From assembly GCA_048940925.1 (NCBI GenBank), contig JBHLOC010000001.1, positions 192,001 through 256,000 on the forward strand: a stretch of DNA of 64,000 nt. Reading direction: 5' to 3'. Of this stretch, positions 50,675 through 60,454 are shown piece by piece. Below the pieces are notes generated by a model. The model was not told where the DNA came from. It was given only the letters and a program-made list of their open reading frames with translations, and did not search any database. The stretch comes from Promethearchaeota archaeon (lineage in GTDB: Archaea; Asgardarchaeota; Lokiarchaeia; Sigyniarchaeales; SOKP01). The position numbers and the translations under genes were made by a program. Numbering within the stretch: the stretch's first letter is position 1; every line of letters starts with the position of its first letter.

Positions 50675-51277
50675 TTGAGAAAGAGGCATAATCATATTAA
50701 AGAACTAAATCCCGTCTTACAGTCTTTTCTATACATTATTGGTGGTGAAATTGCAATATATGTTGGAGAGGAACTTTTAAATTCGGAATCTGAGGATATA
50801 ACTGATGAGGATATTACTGAGAATATCAAAGAACGTATCAATGGAACAGATATAGATTTTGAACCAGAAGATAATGAGACTTTAAAGTTAAATACTGTAC
50901 GAAAAACATTATATAAATTATACTCAGAAAAATTAGCTCAATTTAGACGCATAAGAGATAAATCTACAGGATGGTTTATATATTATTGGTGGCATGAGTT
51001 TGATTTACTTGAAGAATTACTACTTGAGAAAAAGAAATTAATCGATAGCAAATTGAGGGACAGGTTAAGGTTTGAACAGAATAATTATTTTTTTATTTGT
51101 AAAAATTGTAAAACCACCAATATTAAATATAATTTCGATGACGCTTTTGAGCTTAATTTTAGATGCCCTGATTGTGGAAATCATTTAGAAGCTCAAGATA
51201 ATCAGAAAATTATCGAATTTCTTAAAAATAAAATAGCTTTAAATCAAAAAACAAAGATTAATATTAATGGAAAGTAA
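50675..51277 (+). CDS. tfe: Transcription factor E (TFIIE alpha)
   Basis: TDEDI..LNTVRKTLYKL..RIRDKSTGWFIYYW; CKNC..FRCPDCG. Confidence 0.93.
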   Translation: MRKRHNHIKELNPVLQSFLYIIGGEIAIYVGEELLNSESEDITDEDITENIKERINGTDIDFEPEDNETLKLNTVRKTLYKLYSEKLAQFRRIRDKSTGWFIYYWWHEFDLLEELLLEKKKLIDSKLRDRLRFEQNNYFFICKNCKTTNIKYNFDDAFELNFRCPDCGNHLEAQDNQKIIEFLKNKIALNQKTKININGK

Positions 51278-51336
51278 TAAGAAGTCATTTTAATAAATCT
51301 TTAATCAACAATTAAGTTAAATTTTCATTTTTTCTT

Positions 51337-51870
51337 CTATTTTTTCTTTTTAATAAATGCAATATCTCCTAAAGATGATCCTTTAGATTTTTTAATGAAT
51401 TTGTTCTGCTGAGTAATAGATTCAAAATCATTAATTTTCTCCAATAGGTTTATATTAAATACTTTTCCTATTTTTTTAGCTAATTTAATCGTCGGTTTAA
51501 CTTTTCTGGATTCAATTCTTCTTATTAAAGAAGGTTTCTCATTCATTTTATGAGCAAATTGATCTTGATTTAGTCGAAGTTTAAGTCTAATTTCTCTTAT
51601 TTTTTTATCGTAGTCTTGAATAATTTCTAAATTGTCAATATTATTTTTTTTATAGTTTATTTTTCTCGAAATTTGTGTTGACTTTTGGTGATATGAACTT
51701 CTAGCTTTTATTGGCGTTGTTGATTTATGAATTTTTGTCCCATGTTGGGCACAATTATGACATACAGTAATTTTAGCACCTTCTAGTAATACTCTTTGCC
51801 CTTTTCCCCAAATTATGCTACCACATATAGGGCATTCCTTATCTATTTCATTATATTTAGATTTTGGCAT
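51337..51870 (-). CDS. mbf1: Archaeal MBF1 (zinc ribbon + HTH)
   Basis: CPICG..EGAKITVCHNC; IREIR..NEKPSLIRRIE; SLGD. Confidence 0.92.
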   Translation of the reverse strand: MPKSKYNEIDKECPICGSIIWGKGQRVLLEGAKITVCHNCAQHGTKIHKSTTPIKARSSYHQKSTQISRKINYKKNNIDNLEIIQDYDKKIREIRLKLRLNQDQFAHKMNEKPSLIRRIESRKVKPTIKLAKKIGKVFNINLLEKINDFESITQQNKFIKKSKGSSLGDIAFIKKKK

Positions 51871-52116
51871 AAAGTTCTTTTTTTTGTTTTCAAATGAAAG
51901 AATCTTATTATATGTAAAAATTTTATTGAAGAACTCAAATAATTTACGGTTAGATCAATGTTATATTTTATAATCTATAAATTTTTTAAAAAACGAGATT
52001 TTTAAGTAGGTGTAAACTACTAACCTTAAATTTAAATGATTAAAAGTTTATTATTAAATTAAAACATTTTCTTGAATAATTAAAAAATAAGTAAGAGAAG
52101 AAGGGGTATAATCTTA

Positions 52117-53325
52117 TTGACTACGACAAAGGATAAGAGGAAAAGAGAAGAAGGTAAAGATGGAGAGTATTTAATAACATATACCAGACATCTCGAAAAA
52201 AGACTTCGAAACTTAGAAACTGAAAAACAATTATTAGATGCTGAAAGGTTAAGATTAGAACAAGAATTACACAGCTTAAGAAATGAGATTGATAGATTAA
52301 GAGAACCACCTTTAGTTTCAGCTACTATTATAGATTTCCTAGATGATAAGGGAAGAGCAATTGTAAAAAGTTCAACTGGCCCTAGTTTTGTGGTAAATGC
52401 TAGCCGAAAGGTAAAGAATGAAAAATTATCTCCAGGGATGAGAGTTGCATTAAATCAGAGAACATTTGCAATTATGGAAGTTTTACCAACCAAATTAGAT
52501 CCTTTTGTTAAAGGTATGGAAGTAATTGATTCTATTCCAGATATTTCATATGCTGATGTGGGGGGTCTTGAAGATCAAATGCAAGAAGTTAGAGAAACAG
52601 TAGAACTTCCATTAAAAAAACCACACTTATTTATAAAAATCGGAATTGAACCCCCTAAAGGTGTTTTGCTTTTTGGTGCTCCTGGTACCGGAAAAACTTT
52701 ATTAGCAAAAGCCGTAGCCCATGAAACAGAAGCAACGTTTATAAGAATTATTGGATCTGAACTAGTTCAGAAATTCATTGGTGAAGGTGCTCGTCTAGTG
52801 AGGGAAATATTTAATTTGGCAAAAGAAAAAGCCCCTACTATTTTATTTATTGATGAATTAGATGCAATAGGCTCTCAAAGATTGAAAATTGCTACTTCGG
52901 GAGATAGAGAAGTCCAAAGAACACTCATGCAATTACTGAGCGAACTAGATGGTTTTGAACAAAGAGGAGATGTCAAAATAATTGGGGCAACGAATAGAAT
53001 TGATATCTTAGATCCAGCATTATTAAGACCTGGAAGATTTGATCGTATGATAGATTTCCCAATTCCAGATGAAGATGCACGAAAAGCGATATTTAAAATT
53101 CATACAAGAAAACTTAATATTGAGGAAAATTTAGAATTTAATAAATTAGTGGGTTTAACAGAAGGAGCAACTGGAGCTGATATAAAGGCAATTTGCACAG
53201 AAGCAGGAATGTTTGCCATTAGGAAAGAAGCAGAAGTAATTGAACATAAAGACTTTTATGATGCCATAAATAAAGTAATGAATAAAGTTAAAGATAAATG
53301 TATAGAATCTCGACTATATTCATAA
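52117..53325 (+). CDS. pan: Proteasome-activating nucleotidase PAN
   Basis: Coiled coil, OB fold, [29 protein letters not shown]-terminal HbYX (LYS). Confidence 0.97.
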   Translation: MTTTKDKRKREEGKDGEYLITYTRHLEKRLRNLETEKQLLDAERLRLEQELHSLRNEIDRLREPPLVSATIIDFLDDKGRAIVKSSTGPSFVVNASRKVKNEKLSPGMRVALNQRTFAIMEVLPTKLDPFVKGMEVIDSIPDISYADVGGLEDQMQEVRETVELPLKKPHLFIKIGIEPPKGVLLFGAPGTGKTLLAKAVAHETEATFIRIIGSELVQKFIGEGARLVREIFNLAKEKAPTILFIDELDAIGSQRLKIATSGDREVQRTLMQLLSELDGFEQRGDVKIIGATNRIDILDPALLRPGRFDRMIDFPIPDEDARKAIFKIHTRKLNIEENLEFNKLVGLTEGATGADIKAICTEAGMFAIRKEAEVIEHKDFYDAINKVMNKVKDKCIESRLYS

Positions 53326-53383
53326 TCTTTTTTTGGATATTATTTTTTAATTCAGTTTTTTTAATTAAAAAATAGTTTGTTTT

Positions 53384-53875
53384 ATGGAAAGTAAAAAATT
53401 ATTAGATTTACGAACAGTTAAGGCAATTTCAGATTATCAATTTGGAAAAGATATAACAGATATACTTATAAATGATATTAAAAATATTCATATAGAAAAA
53501 TCTCCTAATACAAATAAGATTAGATATATTTATGACAAAAACAATTTAATTCTTATTTTAAGACCCACAAATGGTTTGTTTTCATTAACATTAGTTTCTG
53601 CTATAAAAATTATTGATAAAGCTCCTACTCCAAAATTAAGAGCTATTGTGTTAAATGATATTTCTGATTTTATAAAAAAAGGGAGAAATGTCTTCTGTAA
53701 ACATGTGGTTGAAATTGATGACAATTTGAGACCTTTAGATGAAATTATAGTAGTTAATCAAAATGAAGAGTTATTAGCTATTGGAAAATTAAAATTACCA
53801 GTATCTTTTGTTAAATCTTTTTCAAGTGGGGTTGCTATAAGGATTCGAAAGGGAATTTATAAATCAAAAATTTAA
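53384..53875 (+). CDS. PUA-domain protein (archaeosine TGT C-terminal-like)
   Basis: ISDYQFG, TNKIRYI, GRNVFCKHV, GVAIRIRKG. Confidence 0.85.
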   Translation: MESKKLLDLRTVKAISDYQFGKDITDILINDIKNIHIEKSPNTNKIRYIYDKNNLILILRPTNGLFSLTLVSAIKIIDKAPTPKLRAIVLNDISDFIKKGRNVFCKHVVEIDDNLRPLDEIIVVNQNEELLAIGKLKLPVSFVKSFSSGVAIRIRKGIYKSKI

Positions 53876-53917
53876 AATTCTACTTCATTTATTAGTATAT
53901 ATAAAATTTTTTCAAGA

Positions 53918-54406
53918 GTGAAAAATTTGGTGAAACTTCCAAAAGAAATGCGGGATAAGGTAAAGAGTAAACCGAAACGACCTACATCAGTTGTAAAACG
54001 GGATAGTTCTCAGTTTGGAAGCAGACAGATGCGTAGAAAAATGCAGCAACAAGGAATAGATATGGATCAAGTGAATGCCACACGAGTAATTATTGAATGC
54101 ACTGAGAAAACATTAGTATTAGATCAGCCAGAAGTTATTTTAATGAAACAGGGTGGTCAGGAGATATATCAAGTGATAGGACAAGCTGAAGAATATACTC
54201 CAGACAACTTTACAATTGCTTCTAGAGAAGAAATTGAAGATCAGGAGCCCTTAGAGGATTCTGAATTAAAACCTACAATAACAGAAAATGATATCATGTT
54301 GGTTGCTGCCCAAGCAAATGTAGCTAAAGAAGAAGCAGAAGCTGTATTAAAAGAATGTAATGGTGATATTGCTAAAGCAATTCTGTATCTAAAAAATAGA
54401 CCTTAA
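53918..54406 (+). CDS. nac: Nascent polypeptide-associated complex protein
   Basis: RQMRRKMQQQGI, YQVIG, C-terminal UBA (DIMLVAAQA..NGDIAKAI). Confidence 0.93.
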   Translation: MKNLVKLPKEMRDKVKSKPKRPTSVVKRDSSQFGSRQMRRKMQQQGIDMDQVNATRVIIECTEKTLVLDQPEVILMKQGGQEIYQVIGQAEEYTPDNFTIASREEIEDQEPLEDSELKPTITENDIMLVAAQANVAKEEAEAVLKECNGDIAKAILYLKNRP

Positions 54407-54482
54407 TTGTGTATTAAAAAAATAATAAAAATTAAGAATTATCCAATTTTTAATATTCAAAAGTAATAATTTTCAAATAATT

Positions 54483-54836
54483 ATGTCAAAAGTAAAGAAG
54501 AAACGTATTGAACGATCAACCACTATTTCAGATTTAGATGTTAAATTTGAAAAAATTATTCAATTTTCTGGTTGGATATTCTTACTTGTTCTTGGATGTT
54601 TCGTGGGTGGTTGGGTAATTTTTGATTATATTTTGAATATTATTGATTTAAGTATAAATGCTATGACATTTACCACAATTATTTTTATGGCTACTAATTC
54701 GGCAATTAGTTTTGGGGTTGCTGCCAAAATAAAAAGTAATCGAGCTAACAAAAAATCATATTTTCATGATTGGTTACTAGGAGAATTCTTATTTTGTGTG
54801 TTTGCTATTTTTGCTGTAGCAGCATACCAATGGTAA
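54483..54836 (+). CDS. Three-TM membrane protein (possibly DAD1/OST2-like)
   Basis: 117 aa, three TM segments. Confidence 0.65.
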   Translation: MSKVKKKRIERSTTISDLDVKFEKIIQFSGWIFLLVLGCFVGGWVIFDYILNIIDLSINAMTFTTIIFMATNSAISFGVAAKIKSNRANKKSYFHDWLLGEFLFCVFAIFAVAAYQW

Positions 54837-54869
54837 TTCTTTCTCTTATTTTTGTAGTTTAGAAAAGAA

Positions 54870-55199
54870 TTATTTATAATCTTCCCTCGCTGGATTAAAA
54901 ATATCAATTACTTCTGAATCTTCTAATATCGATGCTCCGTGTTTTACATTAGAATCAAAAATATAACTATCTCCCTCTTTAACTACAAATTCACCCTTTT
55001 CTGTAAAGAATTTTAATTTACCTCTAATTACATATCCGACTTGATGTTCCTTATGATTATGTAATGGCACTTCTGTATCTTTTTTAAGGTAAAAGTGGCA
55101 TAACATAATATTACGGTTATATGCTAAAGTTCTTCTATAAATTCCCTTGAAAACTTGTATAGGGTCGACACATTTCTTACTTACATGATTTTTATTCAT
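54870..55199 (-). CDS. Cupin-domain protein
   Basis: PLHNHKEHQVGYV..G, HG, DIFNPAREDY. Confidence 0.9.
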   Translation of the reverse strand: MNKNHVSKKCVDPIQVFKGIYRRTLAYNRNIMLCHFYLKKDTEVPLHNHKEHQVGYVIRGKLKFFTEKGEFVVKEGDSYIFDSNVKHGASILEDSEVIDIFNPAREDYK

Positions 55200-55636
55200 T
55201 TTTCACTTTACCTTTTTACTTATTTATCATACCCTAGTTATTTTTTATTTAAAAATACTCAATATTAATACAATTTAAAATATAAATAAAAAGGATTTTT
55301 GAAAATAAACATTTTTTACGACAATTTTAGAAGGTTGAAACTATTATTGAAGAAGATTTCTTTATTCATCTATAATTCTGAAAAATTCTCAAATAACTCA
55401 TGAATAAAATTAACCATCAACTAAAAATCAAATAAGGAGTTAATAAATTAAGTTTAAATTGGAAAAATGAATAAATTTTTATATCAAAAGAGGTAAAATA
55501 TTAACGATAATAAAGAAATAATAATTTTCTCAGTTCAGATCACGTCACCGACAAAATTCTATATTTTCAAGAATCGTAAATTATTGTTCTTTATTGTTAA
55601 AGATAGTTTGAAATTGAAAAAAGAGATGTTAAAACA

Positions 55637-57772
55637 TTGGTATTGTTATCAGATCCTAAAACTATAAGGGAAAAAGACAGTGAAAAAATAAAACGGAATT
55701 ATTTAACAAAATTATTACCAAAAGTTTTTAGAACTGAGGGTGATATTGTACCTTTTGAACCAGTCAAGATTGAAGACAGTCTTATTAGAGAAACTGGTTT
55801 AGACCAAAAGTCTGCTGATAGGATTACTGAACTTGTTGTCAGAAGAATAATTTCTTCAGGTATTAAATTTTTATCAGGTCCGCATATTAGAGAAATTGTT
55901 TGCTCAATTTTATCAGAACAACATTTTGAAGAGGAACGTAAAATATACACTAGAATTGGAATGCCTTTAATGGATTATGAAGCTATTTTAGAATATGGGA
56001 TAGATGAAAATGCAAATCAAGATATGAACCCTGAAAGCATTCATCATTGGGCAGCAAATCGGATCTCTGATGAATATGCATTATTAAGAATTTTAGATTC
56101 AGAAGAAGCACAAGCTCATTTATTTGGTGACCTTCATGTTCACATGCTTCGGTATTTTGATTTGAGACCATTCTGTCAAGAATGGGATCCCCGGATGATT
56201 CTTGAAAATGGATTACCACCTGTAGAGAGTTGGGCTCATTGTAGTAAGTCTGGTCCCGCGGGGAGTTTACGTGTGGCTGTTACTCATCTAGCAAAATGGT
56301 TAGGGATCATTCAAGGTGAATTTAGTGGCGGTCAGGGATATGATTATATAACCACATTTTTAGCTCCTTATGCATGTGGTATTTCTGATAGAGAAATAGA
56401 ACAATCAATGCAATGTTTAATTTTTGAAACTAATCAAATTTTCGCAGCAAGAGGAGGACAAGTTCCATTTACATCAATCTCTTGTACTCCAACAATACCA
56501 GATGGTTTATTAAATATACCTGCAGTTGGACCTCATGGAAAAATAAAAGGAACTTATGGAGATTATAAAGATGAATGTCTTAAACTTTTTGATGCTTTAA
56601 CTGACATATATATTCAAGGTGACCATAATGGAAAACTTTTTGCTTTCCCAAAACATGAGATTAAAATTAAAAAAGAATGGTTAAGTGAATTTGAACCCTC
56701 CTATTTAAAACTAATGGAAGAAGTCGCAACAATGGGAACTCCATATTTCCTTAATATGTGTCCAGATTGGATGCCTGACGAAATTCATAGTCAATGTTGT
56801 AGAAAGTTTTTAAGTGGAAATCAAATAATAGAACAATGTATCTTGGATCCAGAAAAAAGAAAAAATGCTAATATATGGGAAAATTATGTTACAATTGGTT
56901 CATTACAAAGTGTTAGTGTAAATTTACCTCGGTATGCTTATCTTTCCAAAGATATAGATGATTATTTTACATTGTTAGATGAGAAAATAGAACTTTCAGC
57001 TAGAATTCTTAGAAAAAAGTGGAATTTAATGGAAAAAAGATTAAAAACAGGTCATTTACCTTTATGCAGTGGAAAAATTCATGGCAAACCGATTTTCAAT
57101 ATTAATGATCAAAATCTTTCAATAGGTTTTACAGGATTAAATGAAGCGGTGAAAAGTCTTTGTGGATATGAATTACATGAAAATGATACTGCTTATGAAT
57201 TAGGGAAAAAAATATTAAGTTATATGGTTGCTAAATGTAATAGTATGACAGAAAGAGATAATAAATATTATTCTCTTTGGGAACAACCAAGTGAATCTAG
57301 CTCTGGACGATTTGCTAGATTGGATTTGAAACACTTTCCAAAAAAAGCGATTCCTCAATCACAAGGTAATACAGCATATTATACAAATTCTGATCATTTT
57401 AGATATGATGCAAATATTTCTTTATCAGAAAGAATTAAAAAACAGGGTGAATTTCACCCGATAGTAAATGGAGGAGTTATAACTCACATTTGGCTTGGTG
57501 AGCAAAAGCCAGATATTAATGCTTTATGGGAACTCACTAAGAATATCTGCCTTAATACGAATACTGCATACTTTGCTTATACAATTGATTTCATTTATTG
57601 CCCCTCATGTAGAAAGATGATTAAAGGTACTCAATTTAGTTGTCCAATATGCTATTCTGAAGAGGTAAAAGTATATTCCCGAGTCACAGGATATTACAGC
57701 GAAGTGAATAGATATAATCCCGGTAAAAAAGCCGAATGGCACGCTCGTAAACGAGAATATCTTATTCATTAA
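55637..57772 (+). CDS. nrdD: Anaerobic (class III) ribonucleoside-triphosphate reductase with ATP cone
   Basis: ATP cone; SGGQG; SQCCR; YYTNS; CPSC..CPIC; glycyl-radical RVTGYY. Confidence 0.96.
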   Translation: MVLLSDPKTIREKDSEKIKRNYLTKLLPKVFRTEGDIVPFEPVKIEDSLIRETGLDQKSADRITELVVRRIISSGIKFLSGPHIREIVCSILSEQHFEEERKIYTRIGMPLMDYEAILEYGIDENANQDMNPESIHHWAANRISDEYALLRILDSEEAQAHLFGDLHVHMLRYFDLRPFCQEWDPRMILENGLPPVESWAHCSKSGPAGSLRVAVTHLAKWLGIIQGEFSGGQGYDYITTFLAPYACGISDREIEQSMQCLIFETNQIFAARGGQVPFTSISCTPTIPDGLLNIPAVGPHGKIKGTYGDYKDECLKLFDALTDIYIQGDHNGKLFAFPKHEIKIKKEWLSEFEPSYLKLMEEVATMGTPYFLNMCPDWMPDEIHSQCCRKFLSGNQIIEQCILDPEKRKNANIWENYVTIGSLQSVSVNLPRYAYLSKDIDDYFTLLDEKIELSARILRKKWNLMEKRLKTGHLPLCSGKIHGKPIFNINDQNLSIGFTGLNEAVKSLCGYELHENDTAYELGKKILSYMVAKCNSMTERDNKYYSLWEQPSESSSGRFARLDLKHFPKKAIPQSQGNTAYYTNSDHFRYDANISLSERIKKQGEFHPIVNGGVITHIWLGEQKPDINALWELTKNICLNTNTAYFAYTIDFIYCPSCRKMIKGTQFSCPICYSEEVKVYSRVTGYYSEVNRYNPGKKAEWHARKREYLIH

Positions 57773-57818
57773 TTAATAATTTTTTATTTTTTATATATTA
57801 TCGTATATTATTCTATAT

Positions 57819-58145
57819 ATGGTAAAAGAGAATTCTTTAATTGAAATTCAAAATTCAGTTGATCAATGGATTCGCCAATATGGTGGATATTGGTCTCCAT
57901 CATCAATGATATGTGCCATTATGGAAGAGCTAGGAGAAGTAGCTAGGGAAGTTAATTCTCTTGAAGGATATAAACCAAAAAAGTCGAATCAATTGAATTC
58001 AAATTTAGGGGAGGAATTAGCTGATCTTCTTTTTTCTATAATTTGCATCGCTAATTATTACAAAGTCGATTTAGGGAAAGAATTGAATAAAGTGATTAAT
58101 AAATACTCCAAGAGAGATTCTAAACGATTTCTAGATTTAAAATAG
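57819..58145 (+). CDS. MazG-like NTP pyrophosphohydrolase (YpjD-like)
   Basis: GGYW, EELGEVAREVN, EELAD, RD..R. Confidence 0.9.
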   Translation: MVKENSLIEIQNSVDQWIRQYGGYWSPSSMICAIMEELGEVAREVNSLEGYKPKKSNQLNSNLGEELADLLFSIICIANYYKVDLGKELNKVINKYSKRDSKRFLDLK

Positions 58146-58206
58146 TATTCTATTATTGAATAGAATAAGCTATTAGGAATGGATAATTAATTTATCATTA
58201 TAGCTT

Positions 58207-59385
58207 ATGTTAAAAGATGGATTAAATAAACAGGAAATTCTTCATATACTAGAAGAAAAATTAGAATTAGATAAATCATATGATTCAGGATCAATTTTAG
58301 GTTCTATGTGCACAGAACCAATTAAACTAGGTATAGAAATATATATGAAATATGTATCTAAAAATTTAGGTGATCCTGGACTATTTTTAGGTACACATTC
58401 TCTAGAACAAGAATTAATCTCAGAGATAGGTGAACTTTTTGGTGGAAAAAACATAATAGGTACTTTTACAACTGGTGGTTCTGAAGCAAATCTAATTGCA
58501 ATGAGGATTGCTAAGAAGTTGAGACCTGATATAATTAATCCGGAGGTTGTTTTACCTAAATCTGCACACATTTCATTCGATAAAGCGGCTGATTTACTTG
58601 ATATAAAACTTCGTAAAGCAGATTTAAACAAAGATTTTACATTAAATATGAATCATTTTGAGTCTTTAATAAATCAAAAAACATGTGGGGTTGTAGGAAT
58701 TGCGGGTACTTCATCTTTAGGTTTAGTTGACCCAATTGAAGAGATTGGTAAACTTACAGAGGGGAGAGATATCTTCTTTCATATAGATGCAGCATTTGGA
58801 GGATTTGTACTACCTTTTTTAAAAAATTTAAACCTTCCAAGCCCTCTTTGGGATTTTTCAGTTAAATTTGTTGATTCAATTACAGCAGATCCTCATAAGA
58901 TGGGAATGGGAATAATTCCTACTGGGGGAATTTTTTTAAGAGATAAATCAATCTTACAAAAAGTCGGATATGAAATCCCTTATTTAGCCGGTGGAAATTT
59001 CAAACATCTTCATATTGTTGGAACAAGATCAGGTGGAACAGTAATTGCATTTTGGGCAATTCTAAAATCTCTAGGAATAAATGGATTTAACAAAATTGTC
59101 GAGAAATGTATGGGAAATACAAATTATTTAGTGAAAAGAATTAGTGAGATTAAAGGAATTAGAGTCGCAACCAACCCAGTTATGAATGTTGTAGGTATTA
59201 CTACTGAAAATGGACAGAGTATATGTAAAATTGATGAAGAACTGAGAAAAAAGAATTGGATGTTAGGAAAATTCGAAGAATTCAATTTAATTAGAGTTGT
59301 GGTAATGCCACACGTTCAAAAAAACCATTTAATTAATTTTATTGAGGATTTAAGGAGTATTCTTAATAAATTACAAATTTCTTAA
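58207..59385 (+). CDS. mfnA: PLP-dependent tyrosine/aspartate decarboxylase MfnA
   Basis: GSMCT, NLGDPGL, GGSEAN, HIDAAFGG, DPHKMG, GTRSG, RVVVMPH. Confidence 0.92.
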   Translation: MLKDGLNKQEILHILEEKLELDKSYDSGSILGSMCTEPIKLGIEIYMKYVSKNLGDPGLFLGTHSLEQELISEIGELFGGKNIIGTFTTGGSEANLIAMRIAKKLRPDIINPEVVLPKSAHISFDKAADLLDIKLRKADLNKDFTLNMNHFESLINQKTCGVVGIAGTSSLGLVDPIEEIGKLTEGRDIFFHIDAAFGGFVLPFLKNLNLPSPLWDFSVKFVDSITADPHKMGMGIIPTGGIFLRDKSILQKVGYEIPYLAGGNFKHLHIVGTRSGGTVIAFWAILKSLGINGFNKIVEKCMGNTNYLVKRISEIKGIRVATNPVMNVVGITTENGQSICKIDEELRKKNWMLGKFEEFNLIRVVVMPHVQKNHLINFIEDLRSILNKLQIS

Positions 59386-59590
59386 ATGGATTCTCTTTTA
59401 TTGTTAGAAGCACTTTCTTAAAACTATTCAATTATTAAAGATTTTCCTTATATTATGGGGATTCTGATAAGGTAATTTCTTAAAATTAAACTCCTCAAAT
59501 TTATATAAAAGTATATTTAAAACAAATTATTATTTAATATTTAGTAGATAATCACTTGGGAGTTAAAAATCAAATTAAATTTTTATTATA

Positions 59591-60361
59591 ATGGGGAAAG
59601 AAAAAAAATCGCTAGGAATAAAAACAACACGATATTTCACGAAAAATTGTGCTAAGTGTGGTTTTGAATATCCCAATTGGTTTACTAATTGTCCTAAATG
59701 TGGAGCAGCTTGGGATGAATCAGCGGCAGAAACATTCGCAGAGCCTACAGAAACCCATAAAAAAACAATTAAAATTGTAGTTAAAATTACAGAAGAAGAC
59801 TTTAATAAAGCTATTAAAAGTGTAAATTTAATTTTTAGTGCTGATAAGGGAAAAACATGGTATCAAATGAAGATGGATAAAAAAATAGATTATTATCTTG
59901 TTGAACTTGCTGAAATTCCCATCGGATCTGTTGTTATTTACTACATTGAAGTATATTTAGAAGATGGAGAAAGGATTATAGAAAATAACAACAACAAATA
60001 TTTTTATTATAAGGTTGGAATTACTGTTGAAGAAGCTGAAGAAAAACCTTCAGAAACAGAAAGGAAGAAGATCGAAGAAGAAATTAAAAAATCTCCAATA
60101 AAACCCCAAAAATATTTTAAAGAACCAAAAGAACCAAAATCTTATGTAACAAAAAATATGATTGAGCAATCTACTAAAATTCCTGAAGACACGACTCAAT
60201 CCGCACATTTAATCGATGTTGAAACTCCATTGTCAAATACTAATACAATTTTTGGTAAACCACAAACTAAAATTGATCCTGAATTAAAGATTTGCTCTCA
60301 TTGTAATTCAAAAATTAAAAAAATGTGGAGCATTTGTCCTATTTGTGGGAAATCCCTTTAA
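59591..60361 (+). CDS. Zinc ribbon / beta-sandwich / linker / zinc ribbon protein
   Basis: CAKC..CPKC; V.L..S.D.GKTW..M..Y..IP.GS.V.YYIE (Ig-like); CSHC..CPIC. Confidence 0.75.
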   Translation: MGKEKKSLGIKTTRYFTKNCAKCGFEYPNWFTNCPKCGAAWDESAAETFAEPTETHKKTIKIVVKITEEDFNKAIKSVNLIFSADKGKTWYQMKMDKKIDYYLVELAEIPIGSVVIYYIEVYLEDGERIIENNNNKYFYYKVGITVEEAEEKPSETERKKIEEEIKKSPIKPQKYFKEPKEPKSYVTKNMIEQSTKIPEDTTQSAHLIDVETPLSNTNTIFGKPQTKIDPELKICSHCNSKIKKMWSICPICGKSL

Positions 60362-60454
60362 TGTTAATCTCAATTTTTAATCAAAAAACCTTTATTTTCA
60401 AGTTAAATTAATTATTTAATATTTTACAGAATTGTGATTTCAGATTAAAAATAA

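Noticed and set aside
55200-55636. Long intergenic region upstream of nrdD as a possible riboswitch or ncRNA
   Set aside because: AT-rich, with no convincing stems or recognizable operator
35563-57772. Inteins in DP2, RpoB or NrdD
   Set aside because: Lengths are normal and no intein splice-junction or LAGLIDADG motifs were seen
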